Below the pieces are notes generated by a model. It had not been told where the DNA came from and did not search any database. It saw only the letters and a program-made list of their open reading frames with translations. 64,000 nucleotides of DNA. Origin: Armatimonadota bacterium (lineage in GTDB: Bacteria; Armatimonadota; HRBIN16). Location: the NCBI GenBank assembly GCA_963677485.1, contig OY781964.1, forward strand, positions 3,392,001 through 3,456,000. Reading direction: 5' to 3'. The position numbers and the translations under genes were made by a program. Shown in pieces: positions 18,291-28,565 of the stretch (position 1 is its first letter; every line of letters starts with the position of its first letter).

Positions 18291-21152
18291 GTGCAAACAC
18301 AACCTTCAGCACGCATTCCCCTGCTTGAGCAATTCGGTATCACCAAGGCTGATCTTGGCGGGTATTGGAACTTCGCCGATGTTAAGGGCAACGCCGTTGT
18401 CGACCTATCGGGCCATGGTAACACCATCAAGCTGACTGACAAACGGATGCAGGCTGAAGGTCCGACGCCGGGCACCAAGGCACTCTCGCTGAGCCCAAAG
18501 CAGTTCGTGGAGATCGCCAACCGTGAGCAGTTGTGGGGACACGAGAAGTTCACCATCAACTTTTGGATGCGGATGCGGGAACAACAGAACAACACCGGTT
18601 CGCTGATTACCAAATGTGCGTTAGGCCCATTCGATTTCCGAATTCAGATCGGGCCCGCCCCGAACTTCGTACTGGCGTCTCAGAAGATTAGCTGGTACGG
18701 CGCGAACTCGGCCCAGATGGTCTGGTCGAATCTCGACAATTCTGACCTGACAGATAGATGGATGATGCTCACCATCAGCTTTGACGGCCAGCGGATCCGC
18801 TCCTATATAGATGGCAAACTGGATACCGAGAGCTCCGTTCTCGACACAGGCAAGTGGAACAACACCGCATCACCTATGCGGATCGGCAGTGAGCCGGCCT
18901 ACAACATCCCTGGTTTTGATGGATCGATCACGGAGCTTGCGGTGATCAAACACGCTCTGAGCGGAGATGAGCTGGCTTCGTTTTACGCAAAATACTGCCA
19001 GCAGCTTCCCCTGTTAGCACCCACGGTTGATAAGACACCTTCAGGAATCGCAAGCATATCAAGCGCAAAAGTGTCGCTTCTGAAGGGCACCGATCCAGTT
19101 TTCGAGCAGCCTGGTCCTGAGTATCGGCTAGTGCAGTACATCATGGGATTCCGAGCGAACTTCGATGAACTGCAGAAATACGGCATTGGCTCCGTCGTGC
19201 TCGGATTGCCTCACGAGAACTATCTGCACAATGACCGTGCGTGGGCTGATGTGGAGGCCAACCTCGATGATGCGATCAAGCGCAAAATGGGTGCCTGGGT
19301 TTACGATGAAGATGCTTACCCCAGCGGTGCTGCCGGAGGCCTGACTGTAGACGGCCATCCTGAGTATGTCTCTTACGGTGTTTGTCAAGTTACTCACTTG
19401 GGTAAAGGGCGTAAGTCGCTTACCGTGAATCTTCCGAAAGATGCGATGCGGTTTGTGGCTGCCGTATTGTATCCGGTGGTGAATGGAAAGATGCGCTACA
19501 AGAACGGCAGTGCGGTGGCCTGTAGTGCAGCGTCCGCCACCACCGATGGTATGGATGGCGACTGGGCGTTCTGTGTTTACGTCGCGAAGAAGATGCTGGG
19601 GCACCCGGAACGGCGCAAAACATGGTTCAACCACGGGGAGTATCCCAACCTGCTGAATGCCGATGCGGTGAAGCGCTACATCGCGATCACCCATGCGGCC
19701 TATCAGCAGCATTTTGGCAGCCGGTTTCGCTATCTGACCGCCTTCTACACCGGTGAACCCTCGTTGGCGACCGTGGCCAACTTCGAGTTCACGGAAGCCG
19801 TTCGGGCCAGCGGTGAGTCCTATCTGCCCTGGGATGACAGCATCCAGCAGGCTTTCCGTGCCGACCACGGGTATGAGCTGCTCCCCTGTCTCGCGGCGAT
19901 GTACCTGCCGCAATCCGATGAGGGTAACATCATCCGGCGGCATTTCTGGCAGACCGTGGGCAACCTGATGTCCAAAAACTTCTTCGGGCAGATCGCCGAG
20001 TGGTGTGCAAAGAACGGCAGCTCCCTTTCCGGTCACCTGCTGCTCGAGGAGTGGATGTCGTGCCACGTCAGCCTGTATGGCAACTTCATGCAGTCTATGG
20101 AGCACTTCAAGATTGCGGGTTACGACCACTATTTCAACCGCCACGGTATCAGTCAGGCCAATAATCTGGTGATGCAGAAATACTCCTTCTCAGGGAACCG
20201 CGCCCATGGTAACTTCGTGGCGCAAGCCTTGATTGAGCCGATCTTGTCAGGTTACCTGGATACGGTGACGCAGCAGTTGCGAATGATCCCGATCAGCGTG
20301 TATCGCCAGAACATTAATATGATGTGCGCGGGTGGGGCCAGTATCATCAACAGCTACGTGAACTACAACGCCTACCCGGTGGATGAGTTCCGCAACGTGA
20401 CGGACTATGCGGCCCGGCTCTGCTACTTCCTGCGCGGTACTCGTGATGTGGCGAAGGTGGCGGTCTACTACCCGATCGAGACCTTCCAGGGGCGCTATCG
20501 GCCTACGCCGCAGAATGTGTTCACCAGCTCAGGTAATCCCGAATACCAAACTCTGCAAAAGAGGCAAGATGCCCTTTTTGAGACGCTGTTCCGGCAGAAC
20601 ATCGACTTCAATCTGCTGGATGCCGACGCCATTGGTCGCGCTCAGTTAGCCGATGGTGCCATCAAGATTGCCGGTTACGAATACAAAGCGATGATCATGC
20701 CAGACATGGACATCATCCCGTTGGCGACCCTCCAGAAGCTGCTTCGGTTCGTCTCGCAGGGAGGTGTGTTGATCTGGTCAGGCAAAATCCCGGCACTGGG
20801 TGACAGCGAGGCCGAAACACCGCAGGTCAAGAAACTGCTAGCAGGCGCACACACCACCGGTGACCTTAAGAAACTTGTGAGTAACGTCAGTAAGATTGGG
20901 GCCGGTGGGCTGACGGTGACCGCTACACGGCCCGACCGCTTCTATTTTGTGCCGTATACCCGCAATATCGAGGGACGGCCAAAGAAGATTTTCCTGCTGG
21001 TCAATGACCACAGCCGCACGAACACCCTGAAGATCGGCGGCCGTGGCCATGGGGTGCTCTACGACCCATGGAAGGGCGAGTATGCCGTGGTTACATTGCC
21101 CTTGAGCGTAGGCGTAGAGGCGTATTCCGCCATGGTACTGGCGATGGAGTAG
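18291..21152 (+). CDS. LamG-domain + GH106-like glycoside hydrolase, paralog 2
   Basis: Collinear with 13605..16421 end to end (shared DPVFEQPGPEYRL, AAGGLTVDGHPE, AKVAVYYPIETFQGRYRPT, LYDPWKG). AAGGAG RBS before GTG. Confidence 0.7.
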   Translation: MQTQPSARIPLLEQFGITKADLGGYWNFADVKGNAVVDLSGHGNTIKLTDKRMQAEGPTPGTKALSLSPKQFVEIANREQLWGHEKFTINFWMRMREQQNNTGSLITKCALGPFDFRIQIGPAPNFVLASQKISWYGANSAQMVWSNLDNSDLTDRWMMLTISFDGQRIRSYIDGKLDTESSVLDTGKWNNTASPMRIGSEPAYNIPGFDGSITELAVIKHALSGDELASFYAKYCQQLPLLAPTVDKTPSGIASISSAKVSLLKGTDPVFEQPGPEYRLVQYIMGFRANFDELQKYGIGSVVLGLPHENYLHNDRAWADVEANLDDAIKRKMGAWVYDEDAYPSGAAGGLTVDGHPEYVSYGVCQVTHLGKGRKSLTVNLPKDAMRFVAAVLYPVVNGKMRYKNGSAVACSAASATTDGMDGDWAFCVYVAKKMLGHPERRKTWFNHGEYPNLLNADAVKRYIAITHAAYQQHFGSRFRYLTAFYTGEPSLATVANFEFTEAVRASGESYLPWDDSIQQAFRADHGYELLPCLAAMYLPQSDEGNIIRRHFWQTVGNLMSKNFFGQIAEWCAKNGSSLSGHLLLEEWMSCHVSLYGNFMQSMEHFKIAGYDHYFNRHGISQANNLVMQKYSFSGNRAHGNFVAQALIEPILSGYLDTVTQQLRMIPISVYRQNINMMCAGGASIINSYVNYNAYPVDEFRNVTDYAARLCYFLRGTRDVAKVAVYYPIETFQGRYRPTPQNVFTSSGNPEYQTLQKRQDALFETLFRQNIDFNLLDADAIGRAQLADGAIKIAGYEYKAMIMPDMDIIPLATLQKLLRFVSQGGVLIWSGKIPALGDSEAETPQVKKLLAGAHTTGDLKKLVSNVSKIGAGGLTVTATRPDRFYFVPYTRNIEGRPKKIFLLVNDHSRTNTLKIGGRGHGVLYDPWKGEYAVVTLPLSVGVEAYSAMVLAME

Positions 21153-21285
21153 GGTTGAACGTTGCCCTAGTATATTGCGAGCTATCGAATAAACCCCACC
21201 AATCTTGATGAAAACGGCATTGTATTCATCGTAGAGTGAGCGTACAATCCAAGTCGGTAAACAAACCGCGCATATAGATGAAGGG

Positions 21286-22101
21286 GTGAGTGTCTTGACA
21301 AAGTCACAGGTAATAAGAGTTGTAATCGTCGCGATCGCGGTGGTAATATTTGTGATCGCGGGTTTCTGGTACAAAAGCGGCATCATTGCACTGAAGAGAC
21401 TCGACGGCTCCATCATTATATCCGGTTATTACCCCAATCTGAAGGCCGCTCTGCAGGAAAATAAAAGGGACTTGCGAACATTGAGCCTGGAAACAATAGA
21501 AAGTGTGTCCATTCTTGGCCTGAAGATTCATGACAATAGCAACCTAAAAGGTATTGACCTACAAGGTGCCGATCTGCAAGGTGCTCTTATATGCATGAAG
21601 AGCATGCAAGGCGCCAATCTGAGAGGCGCCAATCTGCAAGGGGCCGATATCATTTCCGATTCTCTTGAGGGTGCTGATCTACGTGCGGCGAACTTGAACT
21701 GTGCAGATTTGGGTATGTGCAATCTAGACAATGCCAATCTGTCCGGAGCCTCGCTTATCCAGACGAGTCTGTTCGCTGTAAAGCTACATGGTGCATCACT
21801 GAGTAATGCAAATATGCGAAATGCTTATCTGATAGGTACAAAGCTGCAGGGTGCCAATTTAAAGAATGCGAATCTATCTGGTGCCTTTTTAAACGTCTCC
21901 TTCTTTACCGGTGCCAACATGATCTCAACTAATCTTGACGGTGCTTACGTGAAGGGTTGTGAAATGGATGGTGTCCAAATGCAGGGGATGAGCACAAATT
22001 CAACTCACTGGAACGAGATGCCGTGTAACTTGGATGATTTGATGGCGCAGTCAAAGGTGACAGGTAAACAACTTCTTACTGCGATTCGACAGGGTTATTA
22101 A
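21286..22101 (+). CDS. Membrane-anchored pentapeptide-repeat protein
   Basis: N-terminal TM helix followed by many A(D/N)Lxx repeats (GADLQ, GANLR, NANLS). Confidence 0.85.
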   Translation: MSVLTKSQVIRVVIVAIAVVIFVIAGFWYKSGIIALKRLDGSIIISGYYPNLKAALQENKRDLRTLSLETIESVSILGLKIHDNSNLKGIDLQGADLQGALICMKSMQGANLRGANLQGADIISDSLEGADLRAANLNCADLGMCNLDNANLSGASLIQTSLFAVKLHGASLSNANMRNAYLIGTKLQGANLKNANLSGAFLNVSFFTGANMISTNLDGAYVKGCEMDGVQMQGMSTNSTHWNEMPCNLDDLMAQSKVTGKQLLTAIRQGY

Positions 22102-22134
22102 TGACTTGGACCAGTCAAGCGAGGTGCGGAAACT

Positions 22135-22845
22135 ATGACTCCTCAAGAGGCTTATGATGCATATAAAGCCGAATGCACGGCTATATGGCGATTAAAAGAT
22201 TATACGCAACGCTATACCGAGTGCAAGAAGCTAAGGGAGCGCTGGAATGATGCGGAAAAGCTGATGCCATTGTTGAAATCGGACAAGATGGATGGTTTGA
22301 ACTGGTATCTGCTGCTATCGATATCCTTAGAATACATGATGAAGAAGAAGGTCAAGCTAGCACAGATTGAACCCATGATACATGACAAAAAGTTCCACGA
22401 CTACTTTGTTCATGCTCTGCCGTGTTTAGCTCGATTCTCTGAGAAGCGGAACGATGCAGCATTGTTAGGCAAATCCATGGGCTCATTTCTACAAGCGTTC
22501 AATGTTGCGATAAGCGGTGAAGTGTTGACACCACATATGATGAAGGCCTTGCACTATTACCGAAAGAACCGATTGATGGTAGTGATCGCCATTCAACCTT
22601 TCATGAAGTCAGTGTATGATGTTTTATGTAACTTTTCATATATGGCAGATCCGAAAGCCACACCATTAATCCAGGCATATAAACAGTTTCGCAACGAACC
22701 TTGGTGCCGTGACATGGTTGTATCCTGCATGTTGGAGTATCCATCAGATAGCCGCGAGGTGCGTGCGCTGATGAAGCAGATCGCCTATAATGACCCTGAC
22801 CAGAATGTGAGGCGCACGGCCAAATACTTCTTTCAGAAGGACTAG
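22135..22845 (+). CDS. Hypothetical alpha-helical protein with a HEAT-like C-terminus
   Basis: 236-aa ORF with a GAGG RBS; ends DPDQNVRRTA (HEAT-like). Confidence 0.6.
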   Translation: MTPQEAYDAYKAECTAIWRLKDYTQRYTECKKLRERWNDAEKLMPLLKSDKMDGLNWYLLLSISLEYMMKKKVKLAQIEPMIHDKKFHDYFVHALPCLARFSEKRNDAALLGKSMGSFLQAFNVAISGEVLTPHMMKALHYYRKNRLMVVIAIQPFMKSVYDVLCNFSYMADPKATPLIQAYKQFRNEPWCRDMVVSCMLEYPSDSREVRALMKQIAYNDPDQNVRRTAKYFFQKD

Positions 22846-22921
22846 GTGAAGCGCAGTGAGCTTTGCGCGATGGCTGTGCTTCGCGATGTATAAGTGATGT
22901 GAACGCATTGGAGGATCCCAA

Positions 22922-24955
22922 TTGTCTCGTATCTATCTTCTCGTGGTTTCCGTTCTGTGGATGATCTGCGCACCAGTATGGGCGGCAGATCATCTGTTGT
23001 TTTCAGACGGCTTTGAGTCGAAAACGCTCGGCAAATCCAGTGGTGTGAGTTTCGCGGCGGGGAAAGACGGGCTTGCCGCCTCGTTTGATGCCCCCGAGCA
23101 GACGATCGAGTATCCCGAAGAGTGCTTTTCGCTGGTCGCAGGTCGTGTTGAGTTTGATGTGCAGCTGAAAAAGCCACTCAGCACGAAACGACCGATCTGG
23201 TGCCTATTTTCGGATATCGGTGCGGCGGGATCGCACACTGGGGCCGTGACCTGCCGCTGGATGCCCACGAGCGGTGATCTGGACTACGGCATATACGAGT
23301 CCAACGTGGGACACCACTGGATTCAATCGAAGGGCTTCGACTGGCAGCCAGGTCGCTGGTACAAAATCGGGTTGGTATATGGCCTCACCGGTATGAAACT
23401 CGAAGTCGACGGTCAGGTGGTGGCTTCCAATGACTATCGAGGCGGACTGGGAGCTGGCCCGAAGAAGCTGGGTTATTATGATGCCTACTTCTCGACCGCG
23501 CCGATGCTGGTCGACAACTTCAAAACATACCGCACAGACGCATACGACCTTCGGGTGAGTGAGCCCCTGGTTTGTCCCCACAAAGACGGGTTCCTTGACC
23601 GCACGGTGATATCCTATGAAGTAGCCGAGTCATGCACCGTCACGCTGGAGGTGCTTGGCTCCACAGGATCCGTGTTGAAGACTATCCAACCCATAAAACC
23701 GACTAAACCGGGCCAAGTGCAGACGCATACCTGGAATGGCAGCGGTCTACCCACCGGCGACTACCAAATCCGTATGATCGCCGCGTCACCATCTGGCCGG
23801 ATAGAGAAGACGCTGCCAATCAGCATCAATCAGCAAGCGAAATGGCGTGAACCCAGAAATGTCTGCAAGGACTATTACCCCCGCGGTGTGTTCTATATGT
23901 GGGAAGATGACTTCTGGATATCGGGCACTCATGTGGATGATGAAGTGAAAGCCAGGGTCTACTACGAACGCACTCTTGGTGATCTGGCAAAGCAGGGCTT
24001 CAACACGGTCTTCGCCGTGTGGACCCCCACGGATCATCGCAAAATGGTGCTGGACATCGCGCAGGAACACGGCATCAAGGTGGTGGTCTACCTGCACGAA
24101 ATCTACCAGTGGATATCGGGCGATGGCAAGGCGAATATCATTAATCTGGCTGCTCAGACGGTGAAAGAGATAAAAGATCATCCCGCCGTGGCTGGATACT
24201 ACATCATCGATGAGCCGGGCGGTGAGCCGACCATGCTGAAACGAACCTTGAATGCTCGCAAGGCACTTGAGGTTGCGGACCCTAAACACCCCAGTTTCTA
24301 CTGCTTCATTGGTCAGACACAGTATGATCTCTCGCTCAAGACCGTGGGTGGACAGGCGTTGTTCATCGACCTGTATCCCGTGTATACCAACTGGAACGGC
24401 GACCTGAACGGGTATATCGGTGCGCTGGCATATGGACAGAAAAATGCAGAGCAGTATCATATACCTCTGTGGATGGCCACTCAGATATTTGGCAAGCCGA
24501 ATGCCTGGAAAATACCCACACCGGAAGAGATACGAGCTCAGGTTTGGCTGTCTCTGGCTTACGGCACCAAGGGCTTCATCCATTTCGTCTACCAGTCCAC
24601 CACCAGTATTCAAAGTGAATGGCTGCAGGGCGTGCTGTATATGGATCTGAAAGTGCTGGACCACCGGCTGGATGAGCTCCAACGAATCAACGGTGTGATC
24701 AAAAGGTTGGAGCCGTTATTGCTGTTACTGCGACCCGCTGAGATCAAGCTTCCTGCCGCGCCAGACAGCGTGGTCGTAAAGACATTTACCGCTCCGAAGG
24801 GTGGTAGAGTTGCGATCATCGCGAACAAGAGCACCACACAGAGTGTGCAGTGGCCGTGGCACGTGAAGGCGGTAGACGCTTTAACCGGAGATGCGCTTGG
24901 TCCCGTCGTCACGCTGCTGCCGGGTGATGGAAAAGTTCTGAGACTTGAGAAATGA
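22922..24955 (+). CDS. Secreted LamG + Ig/FlgD-like + putative TIM-barrel glycoside hydrolase
   Basis: Signal peptide; GGAGG RBS before TTG; LamG-like WQPGRWY...LEVDG; FlgD-like HTWNG...GDYQI; catalytic-like HPAVAGYYIIDEP and PTPEEIRAQVWLSLAYGTKG. Confidence 0.65.
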   Translation: MSRIYLLVVSVLWMICAPVWAADHLLFSDGFESKTLGKSSGVSFAAGKDGLAASFDAPEQTIEYPEECFSLVAGRVEFDVQLKKPLSTKRPIWCLFSDIGAAGSHTGAVTCRWMPTSGDLDYGIYESNVGHHWIQSKGFDWQPGRWYKIGLVYGLTGMKLEVDGQVVASNDYRGGLGAGPKKLGYYDAYFSTAPMLVDNFKTYRTDAYDLRVSEPLVCPHKDGFLDRTVISYEVAESCTVTLEVLGSTGSVLKTIQPIKPTKPGQVQTHTWNGSGLPTGDYQIRMIAASPSGRIEKTLPISINQQAKWREPRNVCKDYYPRGVFYMWEDDFWISGTHVDDEVKARVYYERTLGDLAKQGFNTVFAVWTPTDHRKMVLDIAQEHGIKVVVYLHEIYQWISGDGKANIINLAAQTVKEIKDHPAVAGYYIIDEPGGEPTMLKRTLNARKALEVADPKHPSFYCFIGQTQYDLSLKTVGGQALFIDLYPVYTNWNGDLNGYIGALAYGQKNAEQYHIPLWMATQIFGKPNAWKIPTPEEIRAQVWLSLAYGTKGFIHFVYQSTTSIQSEWLQGVLYMDLKVLDHRLDELQRINGVIKRLEPLLLLLRPAEIKLPAAPDSVVVKTFTAPKGGRVAIIANKSTTQSVQWPWHVKAVDALTGDALGPVVTLLPGDGKVLRLEK

Positions 24956-27462
24956 AAGAGGATACGATCTTGACATCTGACCATACCGAATACGGGAAAA
25001 TCTACGTACTGCCCTTTGCCCATCTCGACCTGTTCTGACTGGGCAACCGAGAGGAGTGCCTCTCACGAGCATATGACGGCATATTCAAGGCGATGGAGCT
25101 TTGTCGTCGATACCCGGACTTTCGGTATTTGATTGAGGATGTGGTGGTGCTGTCTGAGTTCGTTCAGACCTATCCTGATGCGAAGCCGGAGCTGCTGGGT
25201 ATGATATCCAGGGGGCAGGTGGAGGTAGGTGCGAAGTGGGCAGCCACCACCATCACGCAGACCAACGGTGAGACGATCCTTCGCAACCTGATGATCGGCC
25301 TAAGGGAAGCGGAGGCGATCTGTGGGAAACGTCCTGAGGTGATTCACCTGGGTGATATCCCCGGTATGACTCCGCAGTTCCCTCAGATGCTGGCGAAGAG
25401 CGGGATCCGCTACGCCGTCATCTCACGTGGCGGACCGAAGAAGACCCCTCTGTTTCACTGGAAAGCGCTAGACGGGTCGAGTGTGCTGACCTGGTATAGC
25501 CCATACTGCTACTCCTGGGGTATGCCGTTGGCCAACTCGCCTCTGTCCTTTGAGAGTATGGACATTCCCAGGTTCGAAGCCGAAGCCGATACGCTCCATC
25601 TGACCTCACCATTCAACATACTCATGCACTACGGCATGGACCTGTCTTTGCCCCGAGAGGAAGCGCTGCAGAATCTACAGGCCTGGAACAAGAGCTCGAA
25701 ATACCATATCCAGTTTGGCACGCAGGCTGAGTTCTTCCACTCCGTCGCTGCGTCGGACGGTGTGCCGACGCTGACCGGCGAAATCCCAACGGTGTGGGGA
25801 GCATGGCCAGACTGCGCATTCCTTGATGTGACCATTCACCACGCAGCCGCGGAGCGTGCTTTGCTCTGGGCTGAACAGATGGCCGCGACTGACCAACTGG
25901 CGGGCCGATTGGTGCAGAAAGCTGACATCACCGCCTTGTGGAAGCCTCTACTGGAGTCGCTTGATCACAACTACTCTGGCAACGCTCCAGAGGAGTATCA
26001 CGCCACCAAGAACCGGTTGACCACGCTGTCTTATCAGCAAGCGGAGAACATCAGCTTGCGCTCCATGACACGCATCGCCAGTGAGGTGGAACGGCCAGAT
26101 AACTCCATACCTGTGGTGGTGTTCAATCCTTCATCGTATGTGCGCACGGACCGGATTCGTCGGCGAGTCATGCTGTTCGGTGATTCGGTGGCTGCGACCA
26201 CACCGGAGTGGGCGGAGTTCCATTTGGAGGATGAGACCGGTGCGGTCGTGCAGATGCAGATGCCTCAACGTCGGTTTGGACCCACGAAAGAGGCCGATAT
26301 CGAGTTCCTGGCCACCGATGTGCCTGCCTTGGGTTACAAAAGCTATTACCTTCGCCCAGGCACGGCAGAAATCGTGGTTAATGCCGGTCATTCAGAATTG
26401 GATGCGCAGAGTATCACCCTGTCGGCTGAAGGTTTGAGTGTGGGCGTGTGCCAGCAAACGGGTGCCGTGCGTGTCTGCCAGTCTGACGGTACGCCGATCA
26501 TAGACAGAATCGAGCTTCGGGCCGTGGAGACGCTGCAGACCAACCAGACGATGCAGCTTAACTCCACCGGTCGCAGCTTCCCATTCCTACCGGAGCATTG
26601 TGAGCTGCTGAGGGAAGGGGAGGTGTGCTCCGAAGTGCTGATGAAGGGTACGATCGCCGGGGTGCCTGTGCAGACCACCATCACCATCACTCACAATTTG
26701 CCACGGGTGGATGTCAACTGCAGTATCCATTGGCCAGGTCATGGGTATCTGAGGGTGCAAGCGTATCTGAGGCTGCCATGCGAACGCGACGAACCCGTAT
26801 ACACCGGCGTGCCGTTCGGAGCGAACGGTTTTGAGAACATCATGCCGGGCTCGGGCCCAAGCCTGGGTGATGAGGTGACGGCTGACACCTGGGTGCGCAC
26901 ACGGGAAGCTCAAGACTGGCTGTTGATGGCAGCTAAGGGGTCTGACCACGCCGTGGCGGTGGCGACCGACCGCAAGCTGGTGGAGTTCTTTGACGATGGC
27001 TGCGCCATCAACTTCTTGTCCAGCATGAGCCCCAAATGGATGCAGCCTGAGATATTCCATCCCTTCGCTGGACACTACGAGACGGGTTTCTCTGTGTGCA
27101 GTATGGCTAGGGGAGATATCGACGCGGCGGCTCGGTTTGGCGAAGGACGGTTCATGCCGCTGAGGGCCATCTGCTCCTATAACCGCTCGATGTCTGAGCC
27201 GAAGCCATCGAAGGACGCAGGTATTACGTTGATCGGCGATGGTGTCCGGCTGAGCTGCATCAAGCCTTCGGAAGATGGCAACGGGGTGATCGTTCGGCTG
27301 CTGGAGTGCCGCGGTCTAGAAGCCACCGCGTCTGTCTCGTTGAAAGGCGCAGGCCAGACCGTGTGGGAGTGCAGTCTCATGGAGCAGAACCTTTCTGTGG
27401 TGGATGCGGCCAGCTTGAGTTTTGGACCGTTTGAGATCAAAACCCTGCGGTTTTGCTGTTGA
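24952..27462 (+). pseudogene. GH38 alpha-mannosidase-like gene with an in-frame TGA at codon 29
   Basis: ATG 24952 overlaps the upstream stop (ATGA) and is in frame with the called ORF at 25093. It reads ...IYVLPFAHLDLF*LGNREE, with TGA 25036-25038 at the Trp of the GH38 HxDxxW motif. The remainder has DIPG..PQFPQML, FHWKALDGS and FGPFEIKT. Confidence 0.75.
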
Positions 27463-27579
27463 AGTGACGATACATTCGGTCGGTGAATGATGGGCAGCCG
27501 GTGTTATTTGTGGGTGCCATACAAACGTCGGTTGAAAGTTTACGGTATACTACACTAAATTCTGTTCGAGGTGATTTTC

Positions 27580-27894
27580 ATGAAACGCATCCTTGCAATG
27601 GTTATCTGCGTCTCGATTCTCGGCGTTCTGGTTGGCTGCGGCCCTAAGGTTGAAGGCAAATGGTCGGCTAAGCTTGGGCAGGCTGACACCACTTGGGAGT
27701 TCAAGTCGGATAAAGTGTTCAATCTCACAATTGCAGGCAACACTTTGGCCGGCACATGGGAGCTTAAGGGCGACAAACTTAAGATGACTCTCCGTGGGAA
27801 AGCCGAAGAAATGGCTATGAAGATGGACAAAGATACTATGACCCTTACCCCGCCTAACGCCTCAATGGCATTAGTGCTGACACGCATCAAATAG
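27580..27894 (+). CDS. Small lipoprotein (lipocalin-like beta-barrel)
   Basis: MKRIL..., hydrophobic stretch, lipobox LVGC, then GKW...GTW repeats. GAGG RBS. Confidence 0.75.
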   Translation: MKRILAMVICVSILGVLVGCGPKVEGKWSAKLGQADTTWEFKSDKVFNLTIAGNTLAGTWELKGDKLKMTLRGKAEEMAMKMDKDTMTLTPPNASMALVLTRIK

Positions 27895-27963
27895 TAAGCG
27901 GTTACGTATTGTAGAGCTGGGGATCGGCCAAGTGAAGTAAACCATGGCGGTGTCCGGCTCTTT

Positions 27964-28440
27964 TTACTGTACGAGATACTTGTTTGGCTTGTGGCTATGT
28001 CGGTGGATGAGATATAACACGCCGATTCCGATAATGGCCCCAGCGGCATCGATCATCACGTCCCAAATGGACGGTGTTCGACTGGCCGAAAAGCTTTGGT
28101 GATACTCATCGAGCATCGCAAATACAATAGAAAATGCGACTGTAGCACGAAACGCGTGGGTCATTTTGCGCTGATAGCCCTGGTGCAGCGCTCGGTAGAG
28201 CAGCACAGCCAGGATAGCATACTCGGTCAGATGCGCGCACTTACGGGCCACCGCGTTCATATGTTCGATTATTTTGGGTGTGATTTCTGGATCCCATAGG
28301 TGCAGGAATTTTAACAGTATGTGTTCCGAGACAACACTCGAACCAGCCGATGTCGACAACATAAACATCAGACACATCCACAAAATCAATGGCAATATAT
28401 ACCGTACGAACCTGTTAATAGTCTTCCCCCTGTAATTCAT
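27964..28440 (-). CDS. VanZ family membrane protein
   Basis: RKCAHLTEYAIL and DEYHQSF...RTPSIWDVMID motifs. Confidence 0.85.
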   Translation of the reverse strand: MNYRGKTINRFVRYILPLILWMCLMFMLSTSAGSSVVSEHILLKFLHLWDPEITPKIIEHMNAVARKCAHLTEYAILAVLLYRALHQGYQRKMTHAFRATVAFSIVFAMLDEYHQSFSASRTPSIWDVMIDAAGAIIGIGVLYLIHRHSHKPNKYLVQ

Positions 28441-28565
28441 GGCACGCTGCCTGCACCACATTTATCAATGCATCATTTATAGCTTACCGAATTGACGGAG
28501 CGTTACCTAACGTTCTGAACGGATATAATAGTAGTTGAATAGTAAATTACGATCGGGAGGCACCG

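Noticed and set aside
19128-20144. Long antisense ORFs (also 23786-24682, 42775-43548, 62228-63217)
   Set aside because: They are shadows of well-supported genes on the opposite strand and have no recognisable motifs.
25036-25038. Genome-wide TGA recoding or selenocysteine
   Set aside because: Many genes here end in TGA at expected positions, and the affected residue is a conserved Trp rather than Cys.
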